Shown one piece after another: positions 1 to 16,134 of a stretch of DNA of 64,000 nucleotides (positions within the stretch are counted from its first letter, which is position 1; each line of letters starts with the position of its first letter). A program made the translations under genes and the position numbers. Source of the DNA: Eledone cirrhosa (taxonomy: Eukaryota); the NCBI GenBank assembly GCA_964016885.1, contig OZ024742.1, forward strand, positions 363,010,001-363,074,000. Reading direction: 5' to 3'. A model generated the notes under the pieces. It was not told the DNA's origin. It was given only the letters and a program-made list of their open reading frames with translations, and did not search any database.

Positions 1-3021
<3,021 letters not shown>

Positions 3022-3240
3022 ATGGTGGCTGCCAACTCGTTTTCAAGTACGGCCACTACTTTATATCCATGTAGGAGAACCCCTACCGATGCGCTGAACG
3101 AGTGTGACTTTTTAGTCCAGCCAGCGACTTGAAAACTCTGGTACAAACACTACACTTGTGACAATTATTGACACATAGTGCTGGGCCTATGGTACTATGT
3201 GACGACAAGTGCAGGGAGATCTCCAGATATAAAGCAACGA
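3022..3240 (-). mobile_element. RTE-derived element, 3' fragment
   Basis: Reverse complement of 34460-34706; 3' end abuts (TA)n. Confidence 0.7.
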
Positions 3241-3243
3241 CAG

Positions 3244-3813
3244 TGTTCTCTCAGGTGGTTCATAGAGACGTTCTCTGGCAATGAACGGTTTCCTAGTTAG
3301 AATTTTAGTCTACGACTTCTGCTATACCATTTACGTGGTTTTGTCTTTGCGTGCTATTGTTCTCCACGCTCCACTTATGACGTATTATCTTCGTTTTTTC
3401 CCGTTCATTGCCAGAGAACGTCTCTATGAACCACCTAAGAGAACATTAGTCTACGACCTCTTTTATACCATTAACGTGTTTCTGTCTTTGCGCGTAATTG
3501 TTTTTCACCGCTCCTATTAATGACGTATTATTCGTTTTTTCCCGTTCTTTGCCAGCGAACGTTACCACGAACCAGAGTATCGTCTTCCTGTCTTCCTCCG
3601 GTTGCAACGTTTTTTGAAATATCCACTTCTGTGTTTACAGATTGACTTTGTTAGTTTCAGAAGATCCCGTTTAGGGTGAAAGCAGCGATTATTTGCTTAA
3701 ACTTTAATCTGTTATTTTCATAAATATTTGCTCTACGGTTCTTATATATTTGATATATATTTATCCTTATCGAGCCCTCTTTGGATTTTAGTCTTCAAAT
3801 TTATTATTATTAC
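3244..3813 (+). mobile_element. PLE pseudo-LTR fragment, family 1 (same family as 22994-26820)
   Basis: Matches the reverse complement of 22994-23370 and 26222-26730; has an internal ~140-bp tandem duplication and a ~45-bp inverted copy (3244-3288 vs 3401-3446). Confidence 0.8.
3653..3703 (+). ncRNA. Hammerhead-like fold, CAGAAGA core (family 1)
   Basis: Stem I AGTTT/AAACT; core CAGAAGA; stem II CCC/GGG; GAAA; stem III AGCA/TGCT; predicted site CUU at 3698. Confidence 0.6.
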
Positions 3814-3814
3814 A

Positions 3815-4420
3815 ATATATACATAAACACACACTAGTCACCCATCACACAGCAAACAAAACACTATACACACACGCAAACGCATGCGCAAAGAAGACAA
3901 AATAAAATAAACAAACCAGCAAATAAATAAATAAATATATAGACTGACTAAATAAAAATGGCGTAGACATACAATACAACAGGAGGAAAATATAGCACCA
4001 CTGACGATGTTGCAGATGTGCAACGAAAGATTTATGATAAACTATATATATGTGTTTGTGTCTATATTGTATCTGTATTATTTTTTACCGTTGGTCAGTC
4101 AATGGCAACATTGAGGACCGACTATATTAGATTACCGATATAAAAGACACAGAAGCGAGAAGCGAAAACCAACCAAACAGTGAGTGTGTTCTGTTATTAA
4201 TTCTGGCAATATTACACAAATATGACCCTCCCCAAGTATAACAATATTTGTTTCGACACACGATTTCATATAAAAAACCTTGCAAAACTAACAGACCCTC
4301 CATCTCAACTCACCTTTTGAAAAGCAGAAGAACTGCGAAACTGGTAAAGGAACCAAATAAATATATATATATTTTTTTTAAAATAAGACTCCAGTTGCAT
4401 TTTCGATTTCATCTCTTTTT

Positions 4421-4428
<8 letters not shown>
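3815..4428 (+). mobile_element. PLE 3' terminal region, family 3 (same family as 43928-48680)
   Basis: Similar to 48185-48680 and 44095-44230; ends in (TA)n. Confidence 0.8.
4313..4350 (+). ncRNA. Minimal type I hammerhead with U3-A8 core (family 3)
   Basis: CCTT-TTGAAAA-GCAG aagaa CTGC-GAAAC tg GTA-AAGG. Confidence 0.72.
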
Positions 4429-4499
<71 letters not shown>

Positions 4500-4522
4500 C
4501 ATATATATATATATATACATAC

Positions 4523-4577
<55 letters not shown>

Positions 4578-4578
4578 C

Positions 4579-4664
<86 letters not shown>
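4425..4664. repeat. (TA)n microsatellite
   Basis: Seen directly. Confidence 0.97.
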
Positions 4665-4667
<3 letters not shown>

Positions 4668-4778
4668 TAATTTAATATATCAACTAACATAAGCGCACAG
4701 ATGCACGCCCATGCCAGCAAATACACAGGTTATGTCATAGTACCTAGGTGGTTCAATGCAGGAGAATGCAGAACAATA

Positions 4779-5204
4779 ATATAAAGGACGTAAAATAAGA
4801 AAATATTTTTTTAAAAAAAATTTTAAAAAAATTTTTAGTAGGCGTCAGTCATCTTACCATCCCATTCCTTCTAACTAGCCTCTGTGTCACGTGATTGATT
4901 CTTTAGAATCGGCCATTTGACTTGAAGCAGTGAGAATTTCGGTACATAGAATCCAGTCCTCGCAAGCTGTTCGATCTACCGAATTATTATTATTTTTATA
5001 TGAGCCGCCAGTGTCCGCGCATTGCCTGGAGACTTAACTGAGAATAGACTCCCTGATGACGCAATGAATTCTCGACAGTTGGATTACGTAACTGTCTTTA
5101 TCCCATTGCAGAAACTAATTAGTTGGAGTGAAAATTTAAGTAAGTAAAAAATTTTTTTAAAATTTTTTTTAAAAAAATATTTTCTTATTTTACGTCCTTT
5201 ATAT
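4779..5204. mobile_element. Non-coding element with ~60-bp terminal inverted arms and an internal hammerhead
   Basis: 4779-4838 is the reverse complement of 5145-5204; right end runs into (TA)n. Confidence 0.75.
5048..5129 (+). ncRNA. Type I hammerhead ribozyme
   Basis: Stem I ACTCC/GGAGT; CTGATGA at 5053-5059; stem II GCAATG/CATTGC with inner hairpin GACAGTT/AACTGTC; GAAA; palindromic stem III ACTAATTAGT; site GUU at 5124. Confidence 0.8.
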
Positions 5205-5220
5205 ATATATATATATATAT

Positions 5221-5744
5221 ATAAAATATTAAACAAATAATGAATAAACAATTCCTTATATTAAACAAAAAAAGTTCATTATTTAACGATCGTTTCTAGG
5301 ATATATATGTGTTAGAATTGGCATGCATATTCAACAGATCTATGTACAAAATTATACAAAATTATACAAACTATCAAGATTAAATATACATACCAACACA
5401 TATATACATTTATTTCTGAAGACGGCGTATATATGTGTTGGTATGTATATTTAATCTTGATAGTTTGTATAATTTTGTATAATTTTGTACATAGATCTGT
5501 TGAATATGCATGCCAATTCTAACACATATATATCCTAGAAACGATCGTTAAATAATGAACTTTTTTTGTTTAATATAAGGAATTGTTTATTCATTATTTG
5601 TTTAATATTTTATCTTGACTCTGTATACCGTTTATCTTTCACCGAAAGTGATTTTTCATTACATCTCTTCTTTCCATGATATCCGGAATACATTGAGTTC
5701 TTCATACGGATTGGACACTACCGTAAACTCTTGGTAGATTTATC

Positions 5745-5747
<3 letters not shown>
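5221..5747 (+). mobile_element. Fold-back PLE terminal fragment, family 2
   Basis: 5221-5408 is an inverted copy of 5427-5612; the sequence matches the termini of the 26938-31350 element; (TA)n on both sides. Confidence 0.85.
5410..5555 (+). ncRNA. Type I hammerhead with long stem II insertion (family 2)
   Basis: TTATTT-CTGAAGA ... TATATATGTGT/ACACATATATA ... GAAAC GATC GTT-AAATAA. Confidence 0.7.
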
Positions 5748-5794
<47 letters not shown>

Positions 5795-5795
5795 C

Positions 5796-5826
<31 letters not shown>

Positions 5827-5865
5827 TATGCTATCTATATATGTATATATATATATATATATATA

Positions 5866-6397
5866 GATGGTTGCCCCCTCGTTGTCGAGTATGGCCATTG
5901 CACGATATACCATTATTAATAATTATTAATTAATTCTATCGTGCAATGCCTGTGCGTGAAGATATTTTTGGCTGTCCCCTCGTTATCGAGTATGGCCATT
6001 GCACGATATACCATTATTAAAGTGAGGAAAGACTGTGCACCGAGCCAATCTCACTCTCTAAGCGACAGTAGCTATAACCTGAAAAGAAGAAAAGATCAAC
6101 ATCATCGGTAACTACTGAGCCGCAGGTTTTATATCGGAGTTATCCCATCTTCCTGAGTTGCCTTCTCCTAGAAGAATGCCCTGAGAAAGGCTAGGGGTCC
6201 CTCACTCCCAGTGGTTTAACCACGTGGTACATGTGTTTGTACATATTTACACTCTTTCGGATGGCCGTTGACTCTTATGAATTCTTCCACCCTTTGTCAG
6301 ATTTTATTTTTTCTCCTGCAGGGTATCCCAAATAACCCAAGTAAACTTGGTGGGGTTGCCGGTTTAGTCACTGACGACCCGACCATGCGACAGGTTG

Positions 6398-6399
<2 letters not shown>
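5866..6399 (-). mobile_element. Short non-autonomous RTE-like element
   Basis: Head (6315-6399) resembles 34109-34202 and tail resembles 34670-34706; tail segment duplicated (5868-5920 and 5970-6020); (TA)n flanks. Confidence 0.6.
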
Positions 6400-6430
<31 letters not shown>

Positions 6431-6769
6431 ACCGTATGTGTGTGTTTATGTATAAACCTATTTATACACACATATATCTATCTATATACATGCGTGTGAA
6501 TGTGTGTATTTATTACATTATATAACTGAACCATCTGTAATTTCAACGTGTTTAACTGTTTAAGTGTTAGACACAGAAGTTATACAATAGAAAATAGCTC
6601 TATACATATTCTGTTCTTGTAGGAATGAAAGCAATTCTATCGTTTCTTCATCTTGAAGTACATCATACTCTTCCAGATGTTTATTTTTATACAGCATGGT
6701 TGCTATTACGGAATTGTATATAATTTATACTTCATGTTGTTTGACTTCCGTAGGTTGAACAATGACAGG

Positions 6770-7025
6770 TGTTCCAGTTGTTTGGGGATCAAAGAATTTT
6801 GCTCATAATATTGATGCGCAAGTAGATGAACATTCCACAGACACGTGTAATATTAAGATAATTCTATGGGAGGTACATTGTCTGACAAGGCTGGTTCTTT
6901 GAATCACAGTTACAACTCATTGTTCTCAGATATGTGGACTTGATCAACGTGAAATAAAGTGTAATTGTTCTAAGACACAACCCTCCACCGTTGCCGACTC
7001 CCGACACCACGCTCGTGAGCCACTG
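6770..7025 (-). mobile_element. SINE family B (CORE-like), diverged
   Basis: Shares CCACAGACACGTG and GAAATAAAGTG..AAGACACAAC blocks with 18870-19150 (reverse complement); further relics at 7075-7250 and 7965-8130. Confidence 0.55.
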
Positions 7026-7408
7026 CTTTAATGTAGTTTGTATAGTATATAGTTTGTATATTTTTATCCTTTCGATAACCAGTGTTCCTTTGATTTAGTT
7101 AGTGGAACAGAACACTCATAAAATTAACGTTCAAATGGCTGAATATTATACAGGTTCGTGTATCATTAGCATAATTCTCAGGAAGACTCAGTTTGACACA
7201 GTGTGACACAGTGTGTGAAATAGAAGACTCTTTGACTTCAAGAGACAGGCCATTCGACGGGATTCCAAGCATACACCGTCTACTACATTTCTCAATTTCA
7301 TTTACAAGGTCTCAATGGACTTTGAAGACGCTTTCTATGTTTTAACAACTGGAACATCTACCGTCAAAACAAACAGTGTTTCCTTTCATTATAATAAGGG
7401 ATTCTGAT

Positions 7409-7590
7409 TTAGACACAAGGCAAACAATTTGGGGTGAGAGGGAAAGTGCATTAAATCGACTCCATGCAATTACTGGTACTTTATATTATCAACCCGTAAG
7501 GATGAAAGGCAAAGTTAACCTCGGTGGGATTTGAACTCAGAGCGTAAAGGGTCGTAGTACTATGTCATTAAGCATATTGTCCGACGCTCT
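7409..7590 (-). mobile_element. tRNA-derived SINE family A
   Basis: Reverse complement of GAGTTCAAATCCC..GAGGTTAACTTTGCCTTTCATCCTT..GATAA..AAAGTACCAGT. Confidence 0.8.
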
Positions 7591-8635
7591 TCTTTACATT
7601 ATAACAATGTCTACCAAAGTTATACATGGATTAACAAAATAAAACAAACAAAAAAGGTGAAAGAAACGAAAGAAGAAAAATGTCATTTGTATTTAGTGTT
7701 CTATAATAACTATCTCTTTACTATCTCTAACTTCTCTCAGACTAATTGATTTCCAAGCAAGGTTCAACAACTAATTCTAGCTCAGTTGGTAAAAACTTTC
7801 TTTTCATCACATCTCCATGTCTGGCTTACAATAATTTTAAGGAAAAGAAAAAAGCGCGATGCGAAAAATGAAATAGTTCCACGGTAAAAATAGATAAATG
7901 TTGAATGATGTATAAAAACTAAGTAGTCCTACATTGAATACCAAACATTATAAACTAGTAGAGTGGGCCTCCGTCGGTTACAACGACAAATGCTCTTCGA
8001 TCAACGGAAGAGCCTTTTAGAGGAATTAGCGTGAAACGGTAGAAAAATCCAGAGAAACATGTAACAGTGTAATTCTCAGGGAGATTCAGCGTGATGCTGT
8101 GTGAAATAGATGGGCCCAAGAATTACAGGGATAGCCCCCTGACAGCCTTCCAAATATTTTCTGTTTACCAAATTTCACTGAAAACCATGAATCCACTCAT
8201 GGCTAGTGTAAATGGCACTGTATCGATATACTACGCCGGTTGATCGTACTCCGGAATTATTGATTGCGAAGCGAAGTACTCAACCATTCTGTTATGTGGT
8301 CTGCACAATAAAGTAACAACAGAGCTTGTTATAAAAACCTAGTTTCTTATTGAATACCAGACCTGCCAAACTCTAAAACCCAAACGGGGTGTAACATGAA
8401 AAGTGCCCTAAAACGAGGAGATATGCGGTAAAATGGGGAGATTTTACATAATAAAAGCTATAGACATTTTCAAAAGAGAAGACATCTCTCACCCACCCCA
8501 AAGTGGCTGGTTGGTTCCCCGGTCGGACGGGGAGCGTTGACATGTTCAGAATACTAAAAGTGAATGAGTAATAACACGCAGAGCTTTTAATATTAGAAAT
8601 CTTCTCATCAGACAAAACAATACTACTACTACTAC

Positions 8636-10354
8636 CTGGGCTGAATTTAATTGAGGGCAAAGGGGTCTATTGTCCCGGGGCCCCTGCAGTGGGAGCCCTT
8701 GTTCAATTGTCCCGGGGCCCCTGCTGTGGGAGCCTTCATCAGCAACAGCTTTACCAGTTTATTTGTGTCCTCTGCTGGACACTTTAGTTTTAGGACGGTT
8801 AGAGTTTTTGAATTTAATACCTGTGTATATAATTTAATACCTGTATATATAATTTAATACCTGTATATATAATTTAATACCTGTATATATAATTTAATAC
8901 CTGTATATATAATTTAATACCTGTGTATATAATTTAATATCTGTATATATAATTTAATACCTGTATATATAATTTAATACCTGTCTGTATAATTTAATAC
9001 CTGTATATATAATGTAATACCTAGATATATAATTTAATACCTGTATATATAATTTAATACCTGTGTATATAATTTAATACATTTATATATAATTTAATAC
9101 ATGTCTGTATAATTTAATACCTGTATATTTAATGTAATACCTGTATATATAATTTAATACCTGTATATATAATTTAATACCTGTCTGTATAATTTAATAC
9201 CTGTGTATATAATTTAATACCTGTCTGTATAATTTAATACCTGTATATATAATTAAATACCTGTATATATAATTTAATACCTGTATATATAATTTAATAC
9301 ATGTCTGTATAATTTAATACCTGTATATATAATTTAATACCTGTATATATAATTTAATACCTGTATATATAATTTAATACCTGTCTATATAATTTAATAC
9401 CTGTCTATATAATTTAATACCTGTATAATAATTTAATACCTGTATATATAATTTAATACCTGTATATATAATTTAATACCTGTATATATAATTTAATACC
9501 TGTGTATATAATTTAATACCTGTATATATAATTTAATACCTGTATATATAATTTAATACCTGTCTGTATAATTTAATACCTGTCTGTATAATTTAATACC
9601 TGTCTGTATAATTTAATACCTGTGTATATAATTTAATACCTGTGTATATAATTTAATACCTGTCTATATAATTTAATACCTGTCTATATAATTTAATACC
9701 TGTATAATAATTTAATACCTGTATATATAATTTAATACCTGTCTGTATAATTTAATACCTGTCTGTATAATTTAATACCTGTGTATATAATTTAATACCT
9801 GTCTATATAATTTAATACCTGTCTATATAATTTAATACCTGTATATATAATTTAATACCTGTATATATAATGTAATATCTGTATATATAATTTAATACCT
9901 GTGTATATAATTTAATACCTGTATATATAATTTAATACCTGTCTGTATAATTTAATACCTGTCTGTATAATTTAATACCTGTCTGTATAATTTAATACCT
10001 GTGTATATAATTTAATACATGTCTATATAATTTAATACCTGTATAATAATTTAATACCTGTCTATATAATTTAATACCTGTCTATATAATTTAATACCTG
10101 TCTATATAATTTAATACCTGTATAATAATTTAATACCTGTATATATAATTTAATACCTGTATATATAATTTAATACCTGTCTGTATAATTTAATACCCGT
10201 CTATATAATTTAATACCTGTATGAATAAATTTTCAATTCCAAATGCTTGTCCCGAGCAAACTTTGATATGTAAAATTGGGGGTTTGCCGTGTATTCTGTT
10301 TTTGTGTATGAAGCGCCCCCTAAACCTGAAGTAAAAGTTCTAAATCTGGCCCTG
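8636..10354. mobile_element. hAT (Tip100-like) MITE hosting a minisatellite
   Basis: Imperfect TIRs CTGGGCTGAATTTA / TAAATCTGGCCCTG; GGGGCCCC subterminal repeats; (CTA)n on both sides. Confidence 0.6.
8811..10222. repeat. 20-bp minisatellite (AATTTAATACCTGTATATAT)n, about 70 copies
   Basis: Seen directly. Confidence 0.97.
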
Positions 10355-10357
10355 ATT

Positions 10358-10371
10358 CTACTACTACAACA

Positions 10372-10432
<61 letters not shown>

Positions 10433-10472
10433 ATAATAATAATAATAATAATAATTATATTATAATAATAAT
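10358..10472. repeat. (CTA)n-(TAA)n microsatellite
   Basis: Seen directly. Confidence 0.95.
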
Positions 10473-13260
10473 ATTGCTTTCTTTATTAACCACACGGTTT
10501 TACATAAAGTAGACATTAAGGACAGTACAGGACAATAGAGGGCGGTACAAATGGGCATTTCTGCGTATAAAAAACAAGAAACAGAGGATGTAATAATAGA
10601 ACAATGAAAACATTCCCCAATAGGGGGGAGACTTCCGAGGGACATTCGTGGAGAAAGCCCATTAGAAAGCCACAGTGACCCTGACCACCAGAGCAAGTGC
10701 CCTCTCCCAGATTTCCACCTTTAACTTACAGACACATACTCAGAGTAGGCCCATTCACTCGGGCCATTCTTGCCTCTCTCACCCATCTTTCAACAAAATT
10801 CTGGGAAGGGAGCACTTCCCTTTCTACCCTGATTTTCCTTTTCAAATGAAATTTGAAAAGGTTAATCAGGGCATCACCGAAGAGGTAAGTGCTCGTCTTC
10901 AGCCCTTTCAAACGTGTCCATCATACTATCTCTTTCGCCATGGCCACCAGACAGATAAAAACTGCCTGCCCTTCCCGGCTAAAGGAAGAGGGCGGGGCAA
11001 TCCTCACGATGGACTCAGCTGATAGCTGGATCCGTCCCACACGCGACAGCTGGTGTTCGACATAAACCCACAAGTCAGCAATGCTCTGACACTGGACGAG
11101 TGCGTGCAGGACGGTTTCGTCACCCAGCGCGTTTCTCGGACATGCCCGGCTGACGGCACCTCCATGCCTGTAGAGTTTATCCCGAACCGGCAAAGCTCCT
11201 CGGTAGCACTGCCAGGCCAGAAGGAAGTTGTCCATAGGCCACGGCCCGAAAGTTCTTCCGAAGAGATTGGCTAGTTGATTTTCGTCGACGCCTAGAGTTT
11301 CCCCAAGTACGTTGTCGCTCTTCCCCTCCACTAATCCTCTATAGAACGCCAAGGTGGAGTTTCCACCGATCACATTGCCCGATTGGTCGAGGGCTGTGAG
11401 CGCCTGAAGACATTCCAGTGTCCAAGCGCTCCCTCTCGGTCTTCGCTTGACCCAGGACTGCAGCTCCGTCAAGGAGACGAGCTGGGGAAAGACACTTCTA
11501 GCAAATAGAGATCATACCCGATCACCGTCGAGAAAGAGGTGGAGATGTCGTAGCCTGAGCGCGTGTCTGCGCATCATCAGCCACGGCATTCCCAGCCCTC
11601 CACGTAGCGGGAGTTGACAGCAGATGGACCGCCTGACCATCGGAGCGCGTCCCCTCCACAAAAAGCGAAAGAGCAAACGCTCCAGCGCAGTCAGGCGGGG
11701 CTTAGGACAAGGTACGACGGTCAGGCGGTAGTAGATGACGGACGCGATATACGCGTTAGCCACCTCCGCTCGACCTTTCAGGGATAGCTTCCTCTCCGCC
11801 CATTTCTGGGTGAGAGAAGCCACCCTGCTCGTCACCTCGTCCCAGTTTTTGTCCGTCTGGAGATCTGGACCGAACCAGACCCCGAGCAATTTAACTGGCC
11901 TGTCCGTCCAGCGCCCGACGACGCTGTTGGACGGCATGGACCTGCCTCTCCAGGTGCCGAGCTGCAGGCCCACTGACTTTTCCTGGTTGATCATTGCTCC
12001 TGTCACCGCTTCGTATTCTCTTAGTGTAGTGCCGATCGCCTCGATGTGTTTGGCGTTCGACACCACTACGGTGACATCGTCCCCATATGCTGAAACGGAT
12101 CTTCCGCATCGTGGTTCGCGCGAGACCCCCCTCAACGTCCTCAGTTTGTGCAGTAATGGCTCGAGAGTCAATACGTACAAGAGGGACGAGAGGGGACATC
12201 CTTGGCGGACCGAGCGCATGATGTTGAACGGTTCCGAAAGGTGACCGTTCACTCTCACCACAGAGCAGATGTCGCTGTGCATGGCAGCGATCCAGCCTCT
12301 GAAGACGGGCCCAAAGCCAGCCGCCCTCAGGACTGCCGCTAGGTAACGATGGTCTACCCTATCGAAAGCTTGATCTAAATTGATCAAGGACCCACTTGTG
12401 CCAGGTTCCCTAGCTACCCTCTCTACGATGTATCGCATGGGGTGGAGGTTGCCGTGGATGAATTTGTCGGGAATGGCGCATGTCTGCGACTCTCCCACCA
12501 GACCACCAACGACAAGCGCCAACCTCTTTGCTGACACCTTGGACAAAATCTTGAACTCTGTTTTTAGCAGAGTTATGGGCCTAAAATTATGTATGTTATC
12601 CCCCTTGTGCGGATCCTTTCTCAGCAGCTCCACAGCTCCTCGGCTCACAGAGCTGGGAAATTCTCCCGTTCTGTTGCCAGTTGCAGTAGACGTCCGCCAA
12701 GAGGCCTCCGAACAAATCTGGCATCTGTACGTAAAGTTCATAGGCAGACCATCCAAACCAGGCGATTTACCCCTTGTGCAGCTAGTCATTGCCTCCCGTA
12801 CTTCAGCGGCTGTTATCGGCTTTTCGCAACACTCCGCCTCAGTGGCCGAGAGCTGCGGCAGTCCGTCGTGGTAGACACTAAAGTCCATCCGCCGCTGCCC
12901 CCGAACAGCTGTACGAAGTGTCGCTGAAAAGCTTCACACATTTGCCCGGAATCGAGTAGCATGCGCCCGTCGTGGTCCACCTAAGACCGGATCGTGGCTT
13001 TGTTGCCACGACGCGCCTCCGCCACTCGGGCCCATTGAACGGCTTTCGTCCCCTCGTCTCTTCTGAGAGCCTTCGTGCTTTGCATTGAAGAATTGGTCAA
13101 GGGCCAATTTCGCCGCAAGTACGTCGGTCGCAACGTCTTTGCTAAGCGCCTCGTCTAATTTTCTAACTAGTTCTCCCTCTGCTCTATTTTTCTCTATTGC
13201 TAAAGCCATACTAAACCTAATGGACTCTATTCTAATTGCTCTTTTCAGAGCAAACCACCG
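10473..13260 (-). mobile_element. Tx1/L1-type LINE, 5'-truncated and frameshifted
   Basis: ORFs 11512-12888 (KSPGLDGL, NFRPITLL, RQGCPLS, YGDD, GGLGMP) and 10921-11472 (CPR..ETVLHALVQC); 3' end AATAAAGAAA next to (TAA)n. Confidence 0.9.
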
Positions 13261-14044
13261 TAAAGATGAAAGGCAAAGCTAACCTCAGTGGGATTTGAAC
13301 TCAGAAACCCTGATAATAATAATTATATAATTATTATTATACATTCTGTTTCATGTATAATATATTCATGTGTCACCTGTAAGATGGGACAAGAGAAGTG
13401 GGTGGTTGTTTTCAGCTACGTGAAAGTGGCTTGTTATACACATTATGCACATGAAAGCTTATATGTATTGTACAAGTAACTTGCTCTTGAATATATATCA
13501 ATACTAGGATTAGACATAATGCTATGCTGAGAAGTCTCACTTAGAAGTATGTTACATATACTTCCAGGTATGTTGAGTCTCGAATAATCTCCCCTCCCAC
13601 TTATGAATTTTTCAGATTCTTTCCAACCCACCCACTTTTATCCCCAACCACGAGGGTTTATTAAATTGTATTAATCTATCTCTGACGGAATTTTTCTTTA
13701 CTATGTAGCATTCCTGCGATAATTAATTTTTTTAGATATTAAAAAACATTGTACATGACAAACAAGAACATTACAATAATCCTCATAGATTTTAAAAGAA
13801 ATAGGATCGGTTGGGGGTCACAATATGTAAACTAAACGACTAATTCTGGTTTTTATAAAAATCAACGGAGACAACCTAGTAAAATTACCAATGCCCCCGG
13901 TTTCCACTCCCTATTATCTGGGATGTAAAGTACTCTGTAATTCATATTTAAAGTCAGCAGTCTCTTACCACTATGTGCACACTGTTTGTCAATGCCTTTT
14001 AGGAAAAAAATAACAATTTTCTTCTTCTTATTATTATTATTAGA

Positions 14045-14206
14045 GTTACATCCCTTTACGTTTTGTGTTCAAATCCCGCTGAGCTTAGCCTTGCCTTTCA
14101 TCCTTGTAAGGTCGATAAAATAAATCACCAATAATGCACAGGGGTCGATTTAATTGACTTTTCTTCTCCACATGAAATTGCTGGCCTTGTGCCTATAGAA
14201 GAAACA
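14045..14206 (+). mobile_element. SINE family A
   Basis: GTTCAAATCCCG..GCCTTTCATCCTT..GGTCGATAAAAT..GGCCTTGTGCC. Confidence 0.75.
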
Positions 14207-16091
14207 ATTACTACTACTACTACTATTACTACTACATGGCTAAGCCTGAATATTCAGTTTCACAGTTCTAGAAAAAGAACAAGAAATCCAAGTGGAGTAA
14301 TTAAAAGATCAAAATAAACAACAAGAATCGAACACTAGGTAAATAAAAGTAAAACAATAAAAACAAAAGAGAGGAATAGGAAACTGGTAACGATGATGGA
14401 TGAAATCGTGAATAATTCCATACTATAACCTCGTTATGTCAACACATTATGGACAAGAAAGTCTTGGAAAAATAAGCAGGTGTTACATTGGAACTAAGCA
14501 TTACCGAGAGAAGAAAAAACACTGTAAACACATTAGCAACTTTTATTTAATCAAAGTGAATCTTGAATATAGAAAACGAGAAAAAAATCTTACATGAGAA
14601 TCATCCTTCAAATAATATGTTCTACTAAAATATCAACTGAAATACACGAATAAAATATATCATAGTGACAGGTAAGGTCATAATTATAATATCTCACGCG
14701 AATATATGAGCAAGAACAGCGATGTAGAGGAAATTGGAATTTAAGGCTGGAAAATATCTCAAATCAGCAAATAGAAGTTAGCGTGGGAAATACGTTAGTT
14801 TCAAAAATAGTCTAATATTATAAATGTAATATACAGTTTCGGTGTGAGGAATAAATCATGGCTGAAAATTGAAGACCAAATCTACAAAAGAGTTAACGAG
14901 GATCGTTGTTTTTAAAAGGAAGAAGTGTTTAATCAGAGCGGAGTTATAGCACTCATGTAATCCTACTTCTGTGTGATGTGAGGGAGGGGAACAAGAAGCC
15001 ACGGTGCATTCGTTTCTGCAGAATTAAGGAGTGAGAGAGATAGTAGACGGCGGTATTGAATAGCAAATGTAATTTAATGTACCAGCCTTCACACATATTG
15101 TGTCAATGAATCTCCTTTTTCTAATGTCTGACATGGTGTCTATACCAGAAAATATTAAAACAACAACGAATTCGTTGCGGATTAAAAAGGGGGAAATAAA
15201 TAAACTGAAAAACTTTTATGTATGAAAACACTACAGCTTACACATTTACAGGTTTAACATATCATCTACAAAGTTGAACCTTGTAGAAGGTTTAACAAAT
15301 CACCTACAACGTTGAACCTCTTAGATTCTTGCTGTATCTTTCATAGTGCCTCTAATCATACCACAAAAAAGCATATAAGAGGGAATGTTTTATTCAACAA
15401 ACTACGAACCACACGGTTCAGGAACCAAAGAACAGCCTTATTATCACCTGTCCAACATTTTAAATACTGAGTTATAAGCCTTCAATTTCTCGTAAGACTT
15501 TGGGAAAACAAAAATATTGTTATTTTAGGAATTAATGTGATGATCAAAAAATAAAATATTACAAGTTTTCTGAAATCCAGTATAGAAATGAGTGATTTCA
15601 CATAGGAGATCTGAAATTACACACATATATATATATATATATATACTCACACGAAACTGTTGGCTTCTGATTTATATATCTTTCAATTTCCGCAACGTCA
15701 TGGAAAGTATAGTGAGTCGGAAACGGGACCGGCCTCCTCTAGATTTTATGATTATATAGAATGAATTTAACGTTAAAATATAAAGTTGTGCTTTAGCTAT
15801 TGAAGTAGATCTCTACTAGAGTTCCATAACTTGGGCTCAAACCAAATACATGCAAAGAGAAAAGAAGTATTTTTAAAAAATGGTATTTTGTTTTAATTTA
15901 TCTCATCTTTATTCTTTTTGCTACTGCCTCCAAATTCTCTGAGATATCTCTTCTATATCAGTTTACCGTATATCTGTGTCGACATAGTTGTGGGGACAGT
16001 TGAAAGTTTATATATATGTTATATATATTATACACATATTATATATATGTATATATATATATATTATATTTCATATATATATATATATATT

Positions 16092-16130
<39 letters not shown>

Positions 16131-16134
<4 letters not shown>

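Noticed and set aside
8811-10222. Regular short repeats resembling a CRISPR array (also 61458-64000)
   Set aside because: Head-to-tail units with no unique spacers, no cas genes, and a eukaryotic context.
11735-12874. Antisense and alternate-frame ORFs over Tx1 copies (also 40-42 kb and 55-57 kb)
   Set aside because: Shadow ORFs of GC-rich LINE coding sequence; they recur only because the elements are homologous.
13310-15600. Possible host exons or old coding remnants in unique-looking sequence
   Set aside because: No recognisable protein motif or consistent reading frame; small exons cannot be excluded without RNA data.
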